Part shown: positions 8,636 through 16,395 of the stretch, one piece after another
Numbering within the stretch: position 1 is the stretch's first letter
Layout of the letters: each line of letters begins with the position of its first letter
Virus record (IMG/VR): IMGVR_UViG_3300025018_002258
Length of the DNA: 20,000 nt
Reading direction: 5' to 3' (one strand)
Source of the DNA: an uncultured virus (IMG/VR IMGVR_UViG_3300025018_002258)
Lineage: Duplodnaviria > Heunggongvirae > Uroviricota > Caudoviricetes
The notes under the pieces: model-generated
Told to the model about the DNA's origin: nothing
Database searches by the model: none
What the model saw: only the letters and a program-made list of their open reading frames with translations
Made by a program: the position numbers and the translations under genes

Positions 8636-8983
8636 ATGGAAACCGTTAGAGAAATTCTGGACATTCTGACCGAGTGCATCAAGGAAGCTTCTGAACATCA
8701 GAAGAAAGCCAAGTGGTTGCGCCGAACCGTACATTTGCATCCAAAGCATGATGAGTGGATGGAAGAGTTGGCTGAAGTGCCGTATCGTTACGATGTCGGC
8801 ACTCGCGCCAAGTACATCTCGGCTTTGCTGGCTTTTCACCATGAAATCCGTGGTCAGAGATTTGATGGCCACGATTCTTGGAGACATGATGCCTTCCCGC
8901 ATGTCTTCAAGATGGTCTTGGATCAGTTGAGAGAAGAATTTTCCGAAACTCTCGCTCTTGTCTATGCTGATCTAGCAGCCTAA
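8636..8983 (+). CDS. Hypothetical helical protein downstream of the RAPP leader
   Basis: AGGAG RBS 8625-8629; 115-aa ORF. Confidence 0.8.
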   Translation: METVREILDILTECIKEASEHQKKAKWLRRTVHLHPKHDEWMEELAEVPYRYDVGTRAKYISALLAFHHEIRGQRFDGHDSWRHDAFPHVFKMVLDQLREEFSETLALVYADLAA

Positions 8984-8990
8984 ATCAGCC

Positions 8991-9016
8991 TGGGGAGTGG
9001 GGCAACTCACTCCCCA
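8991..9016 (+). terminator. GC-rich hairpin with GCAA tetraloop closing the Pth2-like operon (terminator or RNA-stabilising element; no U-tract)
   Basis: TGGGGAGTGGG-GCAA-CTCACTCCCCA. Confidence 0.5.
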
Positions 9017-9028
9017 ATGGAGATCACA

Positions 9029-9781
9029 ATGGAATACCAAGAAATGAAGGAAAGATTGACAAAAGCCCTAGAGGGTATGGATGTAACTGATCTGGAGAAA
9101 TTCAAAAGAGAAATATGTATAGAGCTTACAAATAGAAGAAGAATCTGGACTGATATTTTGAAAGAAAAATATGAAACTGAGGGATACTACGATTTTCGTA
9201 GTTCGATAGATTGGAAAGACGCAGATCAGAGAAACAAACTCTATGAAAAAGAGAAGGCAGCCAAGAAAGCAGCAGAAACAGCAGTAAGAGAAATCATTAG
9301 AGATTTCACCGATGTGGCATGTCAGGGAGTTTTAACGGGTGGTTCTGCTCGTTGGTGGTGGAGCAAACTGGACGATCCTGAACGACAAAATAAACCAACA
9401 GAGATCAGCGATGAAGCTAAATCGCTTTCTGGTATAATGCTAAATCATTCTTTCTGGTGGCCAAACAAAGGAAGATATTTGGATTATATCGACGTAAGAG
9501 AACATGTTGCCGCTGTCCTCCATGCAGTTAGCAATGCTGAGGATATTGTCTTAAGGGATGACAGAACGATTGAAGAAGAAATATCAATGGGTGTTTCGTC
9601 CGCTGCTGTTTATGATGGTTTCAGACGTTTCTATATGTATCGTGAGAACTTAGAGAAGGAACTATTGGACGATCATCACTGTGGTGATTGTATCAAAGTG
9701 GCTTGTAGTTGTTCTCGTTGCATTATCGACGATGCTCGGGGTTCCGCCGAGGAATTCATGAGAGAGGCAGGCTGGCTCTGA
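9029..9781 (+). CDS. Hypothetical protein with C-terminal His/Cys cluster
   Basis: GGAG before ATG 9029 (alternative start 9017); HHCGDCIKVACSCSRC. Confidence 0.75.
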   Translation: MEYQEMKERLTKALEGMDVTDLEKFKREICIELTNRRRIWTDILKEKYETEGYYDFRSSIDWKDADQRNKLYEKEKAAKKAAETAVREIIRDFTDVACQGVLTGGSARWWWSKLDDPERQNKPTEISDEAKSLSGIMLNHSFWWPNKGRYLDYIDVREHVAAVLHAVSNAEDIVLRDDRTIEEEISMGVSSAAVYDGFRRFYMYRENLEKELLDDHHCGDCIKVACSCSRCIIDDARGSAEEFMREAGWL

Positions 9782-9788
9782 AAGAATC

Positions 9789-9821
9789 ATGCTCCTTGGC
9801 TGTTCCTTAGCCAAGGAGCAT
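9789..9821 (+). promoter_or_regulatory. RBS-sequestering hairpin
   Basis: Perfect 13-bp stem ATGCTCCTTGGCT/AGCCAAGGAGCAT that contains the AAGGAG for ATG 9826. Confidence 0.65.
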
Positions 9822-9825
9822 CGAA

Positions 9826-10215
9826 ATGCGAGACTACTATAAAACGCAGCCGCCGCCTGGACTGACAGAGGTTCGACGCGAAATCTGGAGCCTTCAACTT
9901 GCCATTGATCGCCTCGGAGATGAGATTAAAGAAAAACAGCAGCAGGTTCAAGAACTGGAACGAAAGAAAGAAGCTGTTTTTGCCGACTGCAAGCATGATT
10001 GGGAAGAGAAATATACTCCTGTCCATTACGAGGGGTACAGAGTCCCCAGCGACCGCGAAATGGGGCTTGAACTTGGTGTTGACTCTAGGCCAGCAACTTA
10101 TGTTTCGGCCACGACTGAGAAGAAATGGACTCGAACCTGCAAAAAGTGTGGCAAGCAAGAAGTGACTTCCCGGACCCGAGAGGTCAAGCAGGAATTGCCA
10201 AGCTGGAATTCGTGA
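9826..10215 (+). CDS. Hypothetical coiled-coil + zinc-ribbon protein
   Basis: AAGGAG RBS; CKHDW...RTCKKCG. Confidence 0.8.
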   Translation: MRDYYKTQPPPGLTEVRREIWSLQLAIDRLGDEIKEKQQQVQELERKKEAVFADCKHDWEEKYTPVHYEGYRVPSDREMGLELGVDSRPATYVSATTEKKWTRTCKKCGKQEVTSRTREVKQELPSWNS

Positions 10216-10227
10216 GCGAATCGCCCC

Positions 10228-10256
10228 TTGACACCACCGGGCGCTCGTGCTATAAT
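10228..10256 (+). promoter_or_regulatory. Consensus sigma70 promoter with extended -10
   Basis: TTGACA 10228-10233, 17 nt, TGc-TATAAT (10251-10256). Confidence 0.85.
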
Positions 10257-10276
10257 AAGCGGTGGAGATTGGCGAG

Positions 10277-11134
10277 ATGGCCCACGAGAAAGAACCATTC
10301 ATTTCTGCGTCCCGTAGCATCGCCTTGATGTCGGGACGCAGAAGCATGATGGACAACATTCGGCTGGCAAACGTCGGAGGTTGTTCTTTTGGAACTGATG
10401 CTCTGGTCTATGAAGACCAGATTGTCGAAATCGTTGCCTCTCCGGTCAACTCTGAACTCCTGATTACTCGCAAGGCCAACGATAATGCCGTCGTGATCAT
10501 TAAGCCTGATGGCGAACTTTTGCGGTATCACGGTGAAATCGCCCACATGTATCGCCATCTGGCAAAGGTCCACAAGGTTGCCTTCCTTCGCCGACAGGGC
10601 GATCTAGCAACTTTCCTTGGCGAACGCCGAAAATCTATCAAATCTCTCGGGCTTGGGTTCGAAGAAGATGGCGTACCGCGTCCTGAGCAAATCAAACAAG
10701 ATGAAGTTCCCGAAGGCGTCACAGAGAGAACTCTGATTTTGGCCGAGTTTTCCTATGAAGAAATCGCTCCCCGTCTTGGAGATGACAAAAAGGGCGAAAT
10801 CAAATTCAAGGACGAAAAGGTGGCATACAAGCTGAACAGTCCTCGACTGATCTGCTTTAAGAACTCTCCCGTTTGTGTAGGGTGTGGTCGCGAAGGTGTG
10901 CTGTTTCGTCTGGAGTGGCCTCCGCATCACGGATCGCCACATCTCAATTTGTACTCTGAAGATGGGGAGATTATGACACATGATCATATCATCCCTCAGT
11001 CCAAGTACAAAGCAATCAAAGGATCCCTCCAGGGCCTTCATGGTCAGAGGAACTTGCAAACTATGTGTTATCTTTGCAATACCAAAAAGGCAGACACGTT
11101 GCCTGAAGGAATCGAAGAAAATAAGCACGCATGA
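10277..11134 (+). CDS. HNH endonuclease-domain protein with uncharacterised N-terminal region
   Basis: CVGCG...MTHDHIIPQSK...NLQTMCYLCNTKK. Confidence 0.8.
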   Translation: MAHEKEPFISASRSIALMSGRRSMMDNIRLANVGGCSFGTDALVYEDQIVEIVASPVNSELLITRKANDNAVVIIKPDGELLRYHGEIAHMYRHLAKVHKVAFLRRQGDLATFLGERRKSIKSLGLGFEEDGVPRPEQIKQDEVPEGVTERTLILAEFSYEEIAPRLGDDKKGEIKFKDEKVAYKLNSPRLICFKNSPVCVGCGREGVLFRLEWPPHHGSPHLNLYSEDGEIMTHDHIIPQSKYKAIKGSLQGLHGQRNLQTMCYLCNTKKADTLPEGIEENKHA

Positions 11135-11190
11135 CATATAATTGAGCTATGAGAATATGGTGTTAATGAAGCACCGAAGGAGAAACTGAA

Positions 11191-11418
11191 ATGAAGAAGA
11201 TCGCAGTAGAATCGAGTGCTCTGTCCAACGTTGGATACGACATCCCATCGGAAACTCTCTATGTGGAGTTCACCAGCGGCTCAATCTATCGCTACGCCAG
11301 CGTCCCTGCAAAGGTTATTTTGGCTATGCTTTTATCGAGCAGTGTGGGAAAGTATTTCAGTTCGTATATCCGAACTGTATACGAATTCAAAGAAGTCAAG
11401 GAATGGCCTGAGATTTAA
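11191..11418 (+). CDS. KTSC domain protein
   Basis: VESSALSNVGYD...LYVEFTSGSIYRYASVP...SSVGKYFSSYIR; AAGGAG RBS. Confidence 0.92.
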   Translation: MKKIAVESSALSNVGYDIPSETLYVEFTSGSIYRYASVPAKVILAMLLSSSVGKYFSSYIRTVYEFKEVKEWPEI

Positions 11419-11426
11419 GGCCGGAC

Positions 11427-11455
11427 TTGACAAGCGTCCGTGCCCGTGGTATAAT
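11427..11455 (+). promoter_or_regulatory. Consensus sigma70 promoter with extended -10
   Basis: TTGACA 11427-11432, 17 nt, TGg-TATAAT (11450-11455). Confidence 0.85.
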
Positions 11456-11478
11456 CCCTGGACGGAAAGGAGAGTGCC

Positions 11479-12231
11479 ATGGGCAGCATTGCCATTATCG
11501 GAGATTGCCACGGGAAATTCAAATCCTTGAATTCCATTCTGCTTCGGTTGTCCGTGGATTTTCCCGAAGTTGACACGGTGATTCAGGTCGGAGACTTCGG
11601 TTATTGGCCCAGAATCGGATCGATAGGTCATTGGCTCAACAGTCTCCGCGTTCCCGAGGGGATGACTCTTTATTGGATCGATGGCAATCACGAGGACTTC
11701 AAGGCGATGAAGAACTTTGGCATGATGGGTAAACCCAACAATCTGAAGCGTTTCAAGGATGGACAGGTTTTCTATGTCCCGCGAGGTTCTGTCCTGAACC
11801 TTGGAGGCTACAACATCTTGTTTATGGGGGGAGCAGAGTCAATCGATGCTCTTCATCGTAAAAAGGATGTGGACTGGTTTTCCGAGGAATCCATCACTGA
11901 TCAAGATGTTGCTGATGCTCTGGAGACTATTGAGGGCCAGAGCATTGACATCGTGATCTCACATGACGCTCCAAGGAGTTTCTCCCTATACAAACTTGAC
12001 CTATCAATGGCTTCAAGGATGGGATGGGACAAGTGGGAAGATCCGTCGAGAGACAAGCTGGAAACCATTCGGCAGGCCATCGAGCCTCAGCGATGGTTCT
12101 TCGGACATTACCATACGTCAATGTTCGGAGAGTTTGGGCCAGACAGTGCCTCAAAATGGCGCTGCTTGGACATCAACGAGTTCTATATATTGGAGAACAA
12201 ACATGAGATGGAAGAGACGACAGAGGACTGA
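11479..12231 (+). CDS. Calcineurin-like metallophosphoesterase
   Basis: GDCHG, VGDFG, DGNHE, SHD, FGHYH motifs. Confidence 0.92.
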   Translation: MGSIAIIGDCHGKFKSLNSILLRLSVDFPEVDTVIQVGDFGYWPRIGSIGHWLNSLRVPEGMTLYWIDGNHEDFKAMKNFGMMGKPNNLKRFKDGQVFYVPRGSVLNLGGYNILFMGGAESIDALHRKKDVDWFSEESITDQDVADALETIEGQSIDIVISHDAPRSFSLYKLDLSMASRMGWDKWEDPSRDKLETIRQAIEPQRWFFGHYHTSMFGEFGPDSASKWRCLDINEFYILENKHEMEETTED

Positions 12232-12242
12232 ACTAGAACCTG

Positions 12243-12479
12243 ATGGTTATGAAGGACCGAAGGTGGCTTTCTGTTGAAGATGTCCAGTACATTCTGGCAT
12301 CGATGATCCGTGGCTTCGAGAAGATGATTGCCCCGCAGAAGAGTTGCTGGTCAAAACCAACAACATTTTGCGGGCTTCAGTACGAAGAGACCACGAGCGA
12401 TGTTGTAGAGGCGGCTTTGACCTCTTTGATGAGGAAAAAGCTGGTCTTCATTCGCTGGCCGCATTCCTCAGAGCAATAA
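12243..12479 (+). CDS. Hypothetical protein, possibly a truncated winged-helix protein
   Basis: 78-aa ORF containing ALTSLMRKKLV. Confidence 0.45.
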   Translation: MVMKDRRWLSVEDVQYILASMIRGFEKMIAPQKSCWSKPTTFCGLQYEETTSDVVEAALTSLMRKKLVFIRWPHSSEQ

Positions 12480-12585
12480 ATGTACGGCCCGACCTGAAAG
12501 CTCAAGTGGACCAATGGCTCCTTGCTGACCAAGCTGTACGGGATGCGCCGAGCCATGTTCTGGAAAGGAATTGATCTATAATCGC

Positions 12586-12614
12586 TTGCAGTATTGGGGA
12601 CTTCCTGATATAAT
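12586..12614 (+). promoter_or_regulatory. sigma70 promoter upstream of the pseudo-tRNA
   Basis: TTGCAG, 17 nt, TGa-TATAAT (12609-12614). Confidence 0.7.
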
Positions 12615-12625
12615 GTCCTCATCGA

Positions 12626-12696
12626 CGCGGAGTGGAGCAGTCTGGTAGCTCGATGTCATATCCGGTAGGTCTCAAGTTCAAATCTTGCCTCCGCTA
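12626..12696 (+). pseudogene. Degenerate initiator-like tRNA-Met(CAT)
   Basis: CGCGGAGTGGAGCAGTCTGGTAGCTCG...TCATA...AGGTC...GTTCAAATC...CTCCGCTA resembles tRNA-fMet; the 5' strand of the anticodon stem is about 3 nt short and unpaired. Confidence 0.75.
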
Positions 12697-12698
12697 CA

Positions 12699-12980
12699 AA
12701 GGAATTTATTAGCTCACTAACAAAAGGCGAACTAATAAAAAGAAGCCGAGGCAACTATCAAGTTTGGAGATCACAGATACAAAGAAATGCAAGAAAGGTC
12801 TATACCAAGAGTAGAAAACCTAAAAAGTGTATCATATGTGGCTATGATAGGAAATATCAAGTAAGTCATGTCGAGGCTGTAGCTGCTTTTTCAGAAGAAG
12901 CCTTAGTAAGTGAGATAAATGATGTCGATAATCTTCAAGCGCTATGTCCGAATCATCATACAGAGCATGATGATTCTTAA
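12699..12980 (+). pseudogene. 5'-truncated tRNA-associated HNH endonuclease
   Basis: Start-less open frame KEFISSLTKGEL...KKCIICGYDRKYQVSHVEAV...INDVDNLQALCPNHHTEHD*. Confidence 0.75.
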
Positions 12981-12992
12981 AGGAGGAATGAA

Positions 12993-13532
12993 ATGAAAGT
13001 AACAGGATACGATCTTCGCGATGCCCTGACTCGTCTCAATAACAGGAAAACTCTTTTGCAGTCTCAGTGGGACAGCCAAACCTTTGTCTTTGAAGGTGAA
13101 GAGGGCGATCCCGATGCGGTTTTTGACCAGATTCTCGCTATTGAAAACCGCATCGTCAGGGTCCAGCTTGCTCAGGACGCATATAACCTGCTCGCCGTCG
13201 CTGTGATAGAATCACAAGACGGAACGCAAGAAATGCCTCTGGCGCAAGTCATCAAGTTCGTTGGTCCAATTCGCCGAGCGAGCAAACTCTGGCGACAATA
13301 CGCACAGGATGGCGACATGGATCCGTATTACGGCCGTCGTCGAAATCGAGCCAGGACTCGGAACGCTGAGACCGAAGAAGCTCGAAGGGTTGTTTCAGCC
13401 GAAACCTGTATGGAACGGCACGAAAGATATCAAGACCTGGAGCTTGCCTACGGCAACGCCATCGCCAAGGCGAATGCTCAAATCATTGATGTCACAAGTT
13501 TGTCCGCTTCAGACCTTCAAATGGAGGTTTGA
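12993..13532 (+). CDS. Helical hypothetical protein, tentatively DIP1984/DUF6847-like
   Basis: AAGGAGG RBS; MK..L..AL...(EGE.P)...I..AQ..YN...L......N pattern recalled for that family. Confidence 0.6.
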   Translation: MKVTGYDLRDALTRLNNRKTLLQSQWDSQTFVFEGEEGDPDAVFDQILAIENRIVRVQLAQDAYNLLAVAVIESQDGTQEMPLAQVIKFVGPIRRASKLWRQYAQDGDMDPYYGRRRNRARTRNAETEEARRVVSAETCMERHERYQDLELAYGNAIAKANAQIIDVTSLSASDLQMEV

Positions 13533-13540
13533 TTCGGGCA

Positions 13541-13722
13541 GGATGCAGAAGGAGCCAAAAGATATTACAGAATGGACCTCCCTCTCCGATAAAGGTCGGG
13601 AAAAAACGGGCAAGAGCTACCAATTGAGCGTTCTTCATGTAAAATACTCAAAGCTATGAACGCCAGATGAAGCAACCCGATTCCAAGCTTTGTACTCCTA
13701 GCTAATTGGCACTTTTGTATCC
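13541..13722 (+). ncRNA. Candidate structured non-coding RNA
   Basis: Intergenic; GGATGCAGAAG (13541-13551) pairs with CTTTTGTATCC (13712-13722), continued by GCCAA/TTGGC; internal stems present. Confidence 0.5.
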
Positions 13723-13723
13723 A

Positions 13724-13751
13724 ACGATGGGGCAGGTAACTGCCCCATCGT
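13724..13751 (+). terminator. 12-bp GNRA-capped hairpin (no U-tract)
   Basis: ACGATGGGGCAG-GTAA-CTGCCCCATCGT. Confidence 0.55.
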
Positions 13752-13772
13752 CGCATGTGGAAAGGAAAGAAA

Positions 13773-14121
13773 ATGGGACTCAGACTCTTCGGCAATAGCT
13801 CTTGCCAGTCCTGTGCTCCGACTCCAGTTCGGTCCTCTACGTTTAGGACGCTGCCAGAACCCCAACCCCTCGCATTACAGACTCAAAAAGTGGGATCAGA
13901 TCGGCAAATTTCTCATCGTCCTCGTCAACTACCCCGATTGCACCAACTATGAGGGTGATAAGGTCATGGTCTACGAGGCGACCATTGAAGATTTCGCTTC
14001 ACAGACGAAAATCGATCCCCATTTTTGCCAGTATTGCTTCTCTCCTATTGCCAGATTCAAACCAGATGATGAAGGTTGGGAAATGGCAGAGTCTTTCGCC
14101 TACGCTATGGAAGGTGATTAA
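13773..14121 (+). pseudogene. Phage hypothetical gene with an apparent +1 frameshift near 13857
   Basis: AAGGA RBS + ATG 13773 (MGLRLFGNSS...RTLP) joins NPNPSHYRL...VNYPDCTNYEGDK...IDPHFC...SPIARFKP only if one base is skipped. Confidence 0.6.
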
Positions 14122-14236
14122 AGGAAACATCCAGTGGCTTCATAAAGATGTCAATTGGATGAAAGGCAGATTCAATACGAGTGAATTGATTAGGATATGT
14201 TGCATGATAGCAGACACAGTTGGGAGCGCTGAATGA
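14114..14236 (+). pseudogene. C-terminal remnant of an HNH-like homing endonuclease
   Basis: VIKGNIQWLHKDVNWMKGRFNTSELIRIC resembles the GY.KGN(I/V)QW.HKD.N.MK tail. Confidence 0.6.
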
Positions 14237-15075
14237 TATTGGAAGCTTGTGTGGCCGATTGTTACGGCGTGGGCTTCGAGTACGCTCCGAAAGAGTTTGT
14301 TGAGAAATACAATACTCTCAAGGGATACGTCGCTCATCCTGGCTATCATAGTATCATACCTGGACATTACAGTGATGATACTCAAATGTCGCTCGCCATT
14401 GTTGAACTGATCGTTGATGAAGTCGAATGGACCACCGAGAACATTGCAGCCAAATTCGTCGAAGTTTACAAACGAGATCCCATTGATGGATATGCTCAGG
14501 GCTTCAAGGGTTTGCTCGACGAAGTTTCCAGCGGGACAGAACTATTGGAGAGGCTAGATCCCGATAGTGACAAAAGCGGCGCTGCAATGCGAGCATGGCC
14601 AATCGGTGTTTTCAAAGAAATTCCAGAGGTTCTCCAGCGAGCAGCCGTCCAGGCGCGAATAACACACAATTCCATAAACGGTGTTCGTGCGGCCTTGGTT
14701 TCTGCCCTAACTACGCACTATTTCATCTATAAAATAGGCCCAAAGGCCGAATTATTCTCTTGGCTCCAGAAATACATCAAGGCAGATTGGCTCAAGCCCT
14801 ATCGGAAGAAAGTGAATTCTAAGGGATGGATGAGCATGAGTGCGGCCTTGACAGCTTTGACGGAGTGTGATACAATGACTTCGTTGCTGGAGAGGTGCAT
14901 CGCTTTCACCGGAGACGTAGACACCGTGGCGACGATAGCTCTAGCGGCAGGATCGTGCTCAGAAGAGATTGAGCAGGACTTGCCAGCATTCTTCAAGCAA
15001 GACTTGCAAAATGGGCCATATGGAAAAGATTACATAATGGCTCTGGACAAACGACTGAGGGCCTTTCAGGGCTGA
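14233..15075 (+). CDS. ADP-ribosylglycohydrolase (DraG/ARH family)
   Basis: DCYGVGFE, YSDDTQMS, SGAAMRAWPIG, THNS, GDVDTVATIA motifs. Confidence 0.92.
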   Translation: MILEACVADCYGVGFEYAPKEFVEKYNTLKGYVAHPGYHSIIPGHYSDDTQMSLAIVELIVDEVEWTTENIAAKFVEVYKRDPIDGYAQGFKGLLDEVSSGTELLERLDPDSDKSGAAMRAWPIGVFKEIPEVLQRAAVQARITHNSINGVRAALVSALTTHYFIYKIGPKAELFSWLQKYIKADWLKPYRKKVNSKGWMSMSAALTALTECDTMTSLLERCIAFTGDVDTVATIALAAGSCSEEIEQDLPAFFKQDLQNGPYGKDYIMALDKRLRAFQG

Positions 15076-15085
15076 GGAGAAACGA

Positions 15086-15250
15086 ATGCCGTCCAATTGG
15101 GGAAACTCTCGACCACATAAGATTCCTGGGGCTACTTCTAAGCGCTTGCGTCAAGAGGGAGCCTTGGAAAGACTGCTCAAACATCCCAACCGCCGAGAAG
15201 ATCAGAATAGGGAAGTTGATATATTGCAAAGGAAGTTGGGCCGTTCATGA
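15086..15250 (+). CDS. Small basic hypothetical protein (54 aa)
   Basis: GAGGAG RBS; MPSNWGNSRPHK...LQRKLGRS*; ATGA overlap with the next gene. Confidence 0.65.
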   Translation: MPSNWGNSRPHKIPGATSKRLRQEGALERLLKHPNRREDQNREVDILQRKLGRS

Positions 15251-15429
15251 GCACTGAAAAAGAACTCAAGTTCCACCTTGAGGGGAACAGTGATTACTCT
15301 CAGAACTTCACCAGAGGAGAAGCAATCTCCGCTAGCTGGAATGGGTTCTTCAAGGGGGGGGCACTGTACTCTTCGATCTTCTGGTGGGTTATCTACTACA
15401 CTCACATGGCGAATCTTATCCCTAAATGA
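15247..15429 (+). CDS. Small hypothetical protein with hydrophobic C-terminus
   Basis: ATGA coupling to the upstream ORF. Confidence 0.55.
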   Translation: MSTEKELKFHLEGNSDYSQNFTRGEAISASWNGFFKGGALYSSIFWWVIYYTHMANLIPK

Positions 15430-15449
15430 GAGACCAGAAGACATAAGAA

Positions 15450-15632
15450 ATGCTGAATAGAGCGAAAAGACTGGCGATTTTGATGATTATCGGTTTGGCA
15501 CTATTCGTCGGTGCCATTTACGGTATCCACGTCCAGTCTTATACCATTGGGGGGTTGTGCGCACTTCCTTTGGGCATAGTCGGGTTCCTGGTTTATTCTG
15601 AATACAAGAGTAAACCAGGGAATCCTATTTGA
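15450..15632 (+). CDS. Small membrane protein with two predicted TM helices
   Basis: LAILMIIGLALFVGAIYGI and IGGLCALPLGIVGFLVY. Confidence 0.7.
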   Translation: MLNRAKRLAILMIIGLALFVGAIYGIHVQSYTIGGLCALPLGIVGFLVYSEYKSKPGNPI

Positions 15633-15642
15633 AAGGGCCGAA

Positions 15643-16368
15643 ATGAAAATCGAATTTCATAGCGATGAAAGGAAAGCCGTGGAAGCTTTGGAGCTTCCCA
15701 TTGGCACTACTTTTATTGAGTTTCGTGATCCAGATCACGAAGGCGGATTCCCACAATATCTCGCATGGTACGAAATCAACGAAGACGGTAAAATGGTCAT
15801 GACAGCCGATCTTGTTGAGAAATATCGTCGTGCTACCGATGAAGATCGAGCAATATTCAAAGACTTCACCAAGGAACAGCTTCTTGAATGGTGGGCCGTG
15901 ACATACCTCCCAGACGAAACTCCGTACTGGCAGCATGAATGCGCAGACGAACTTTGGTGGGGAAACTTTCGGCATTTGAGACATATGGGGTACTATCCCG
16001 AAACGAGACAGACATCTTTCAGTGTGTGTCTATTTCGGGATGAACCAATCGAACCACAACTAGAAGAAATCCAGATGGTTATGTCTCTGATTAAAGAAGT
16101 GACTTTGATCAAGTATTCAGACGATAAACAAGAGGCGAAGGGTAAACATCTGGGAATCTTCGAAAAGACCTGCTCAGAGTTTGGGGTTTATGAACTCCAG
16201 GTATTCGAAGATGTGGCCGAACTTATCAAGACAACCTATGGTCGGACAGAGCTTTTGAGGACTTTTGACAGCTTCGAAGAGGTCATCAAGTACATCGCTC
16301 ATTTCCATTACTATCAGCAGAAACTTGACGGTAATGATGACGATGAGGATGAAGACAGCCTTTATTGA
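15643..16368 (+). CDS. Acidic hypothetical protein
   Basis: 241-aa ORF in operon order. Confidence 0.75.
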   Translation: MKIEFHSDERKAVEALELPIGTTFIEFRDPDHEGGFPQYLAWYEINEDGKMVMTADLVEKYRRATDEDRAIFKDFTKEQLLEWWAVTYLPDETPYWQHECADELWWGNFRHLRHMGYYPETRQTSFSVCLFRDEPIEPQLEEIQMVMSLIKEVTLIKYSDDKQEAKGKHLGIFEKTCSEFGVYELQVFEDVAELIKTTYGRTELLRTFDSFEEVIKYIAHFHYYQQKLDGNDDDEDEDSLY

Positions 16369-16395
16369 TCGGAACAAAGAAAGAAGGTTAGCGTG

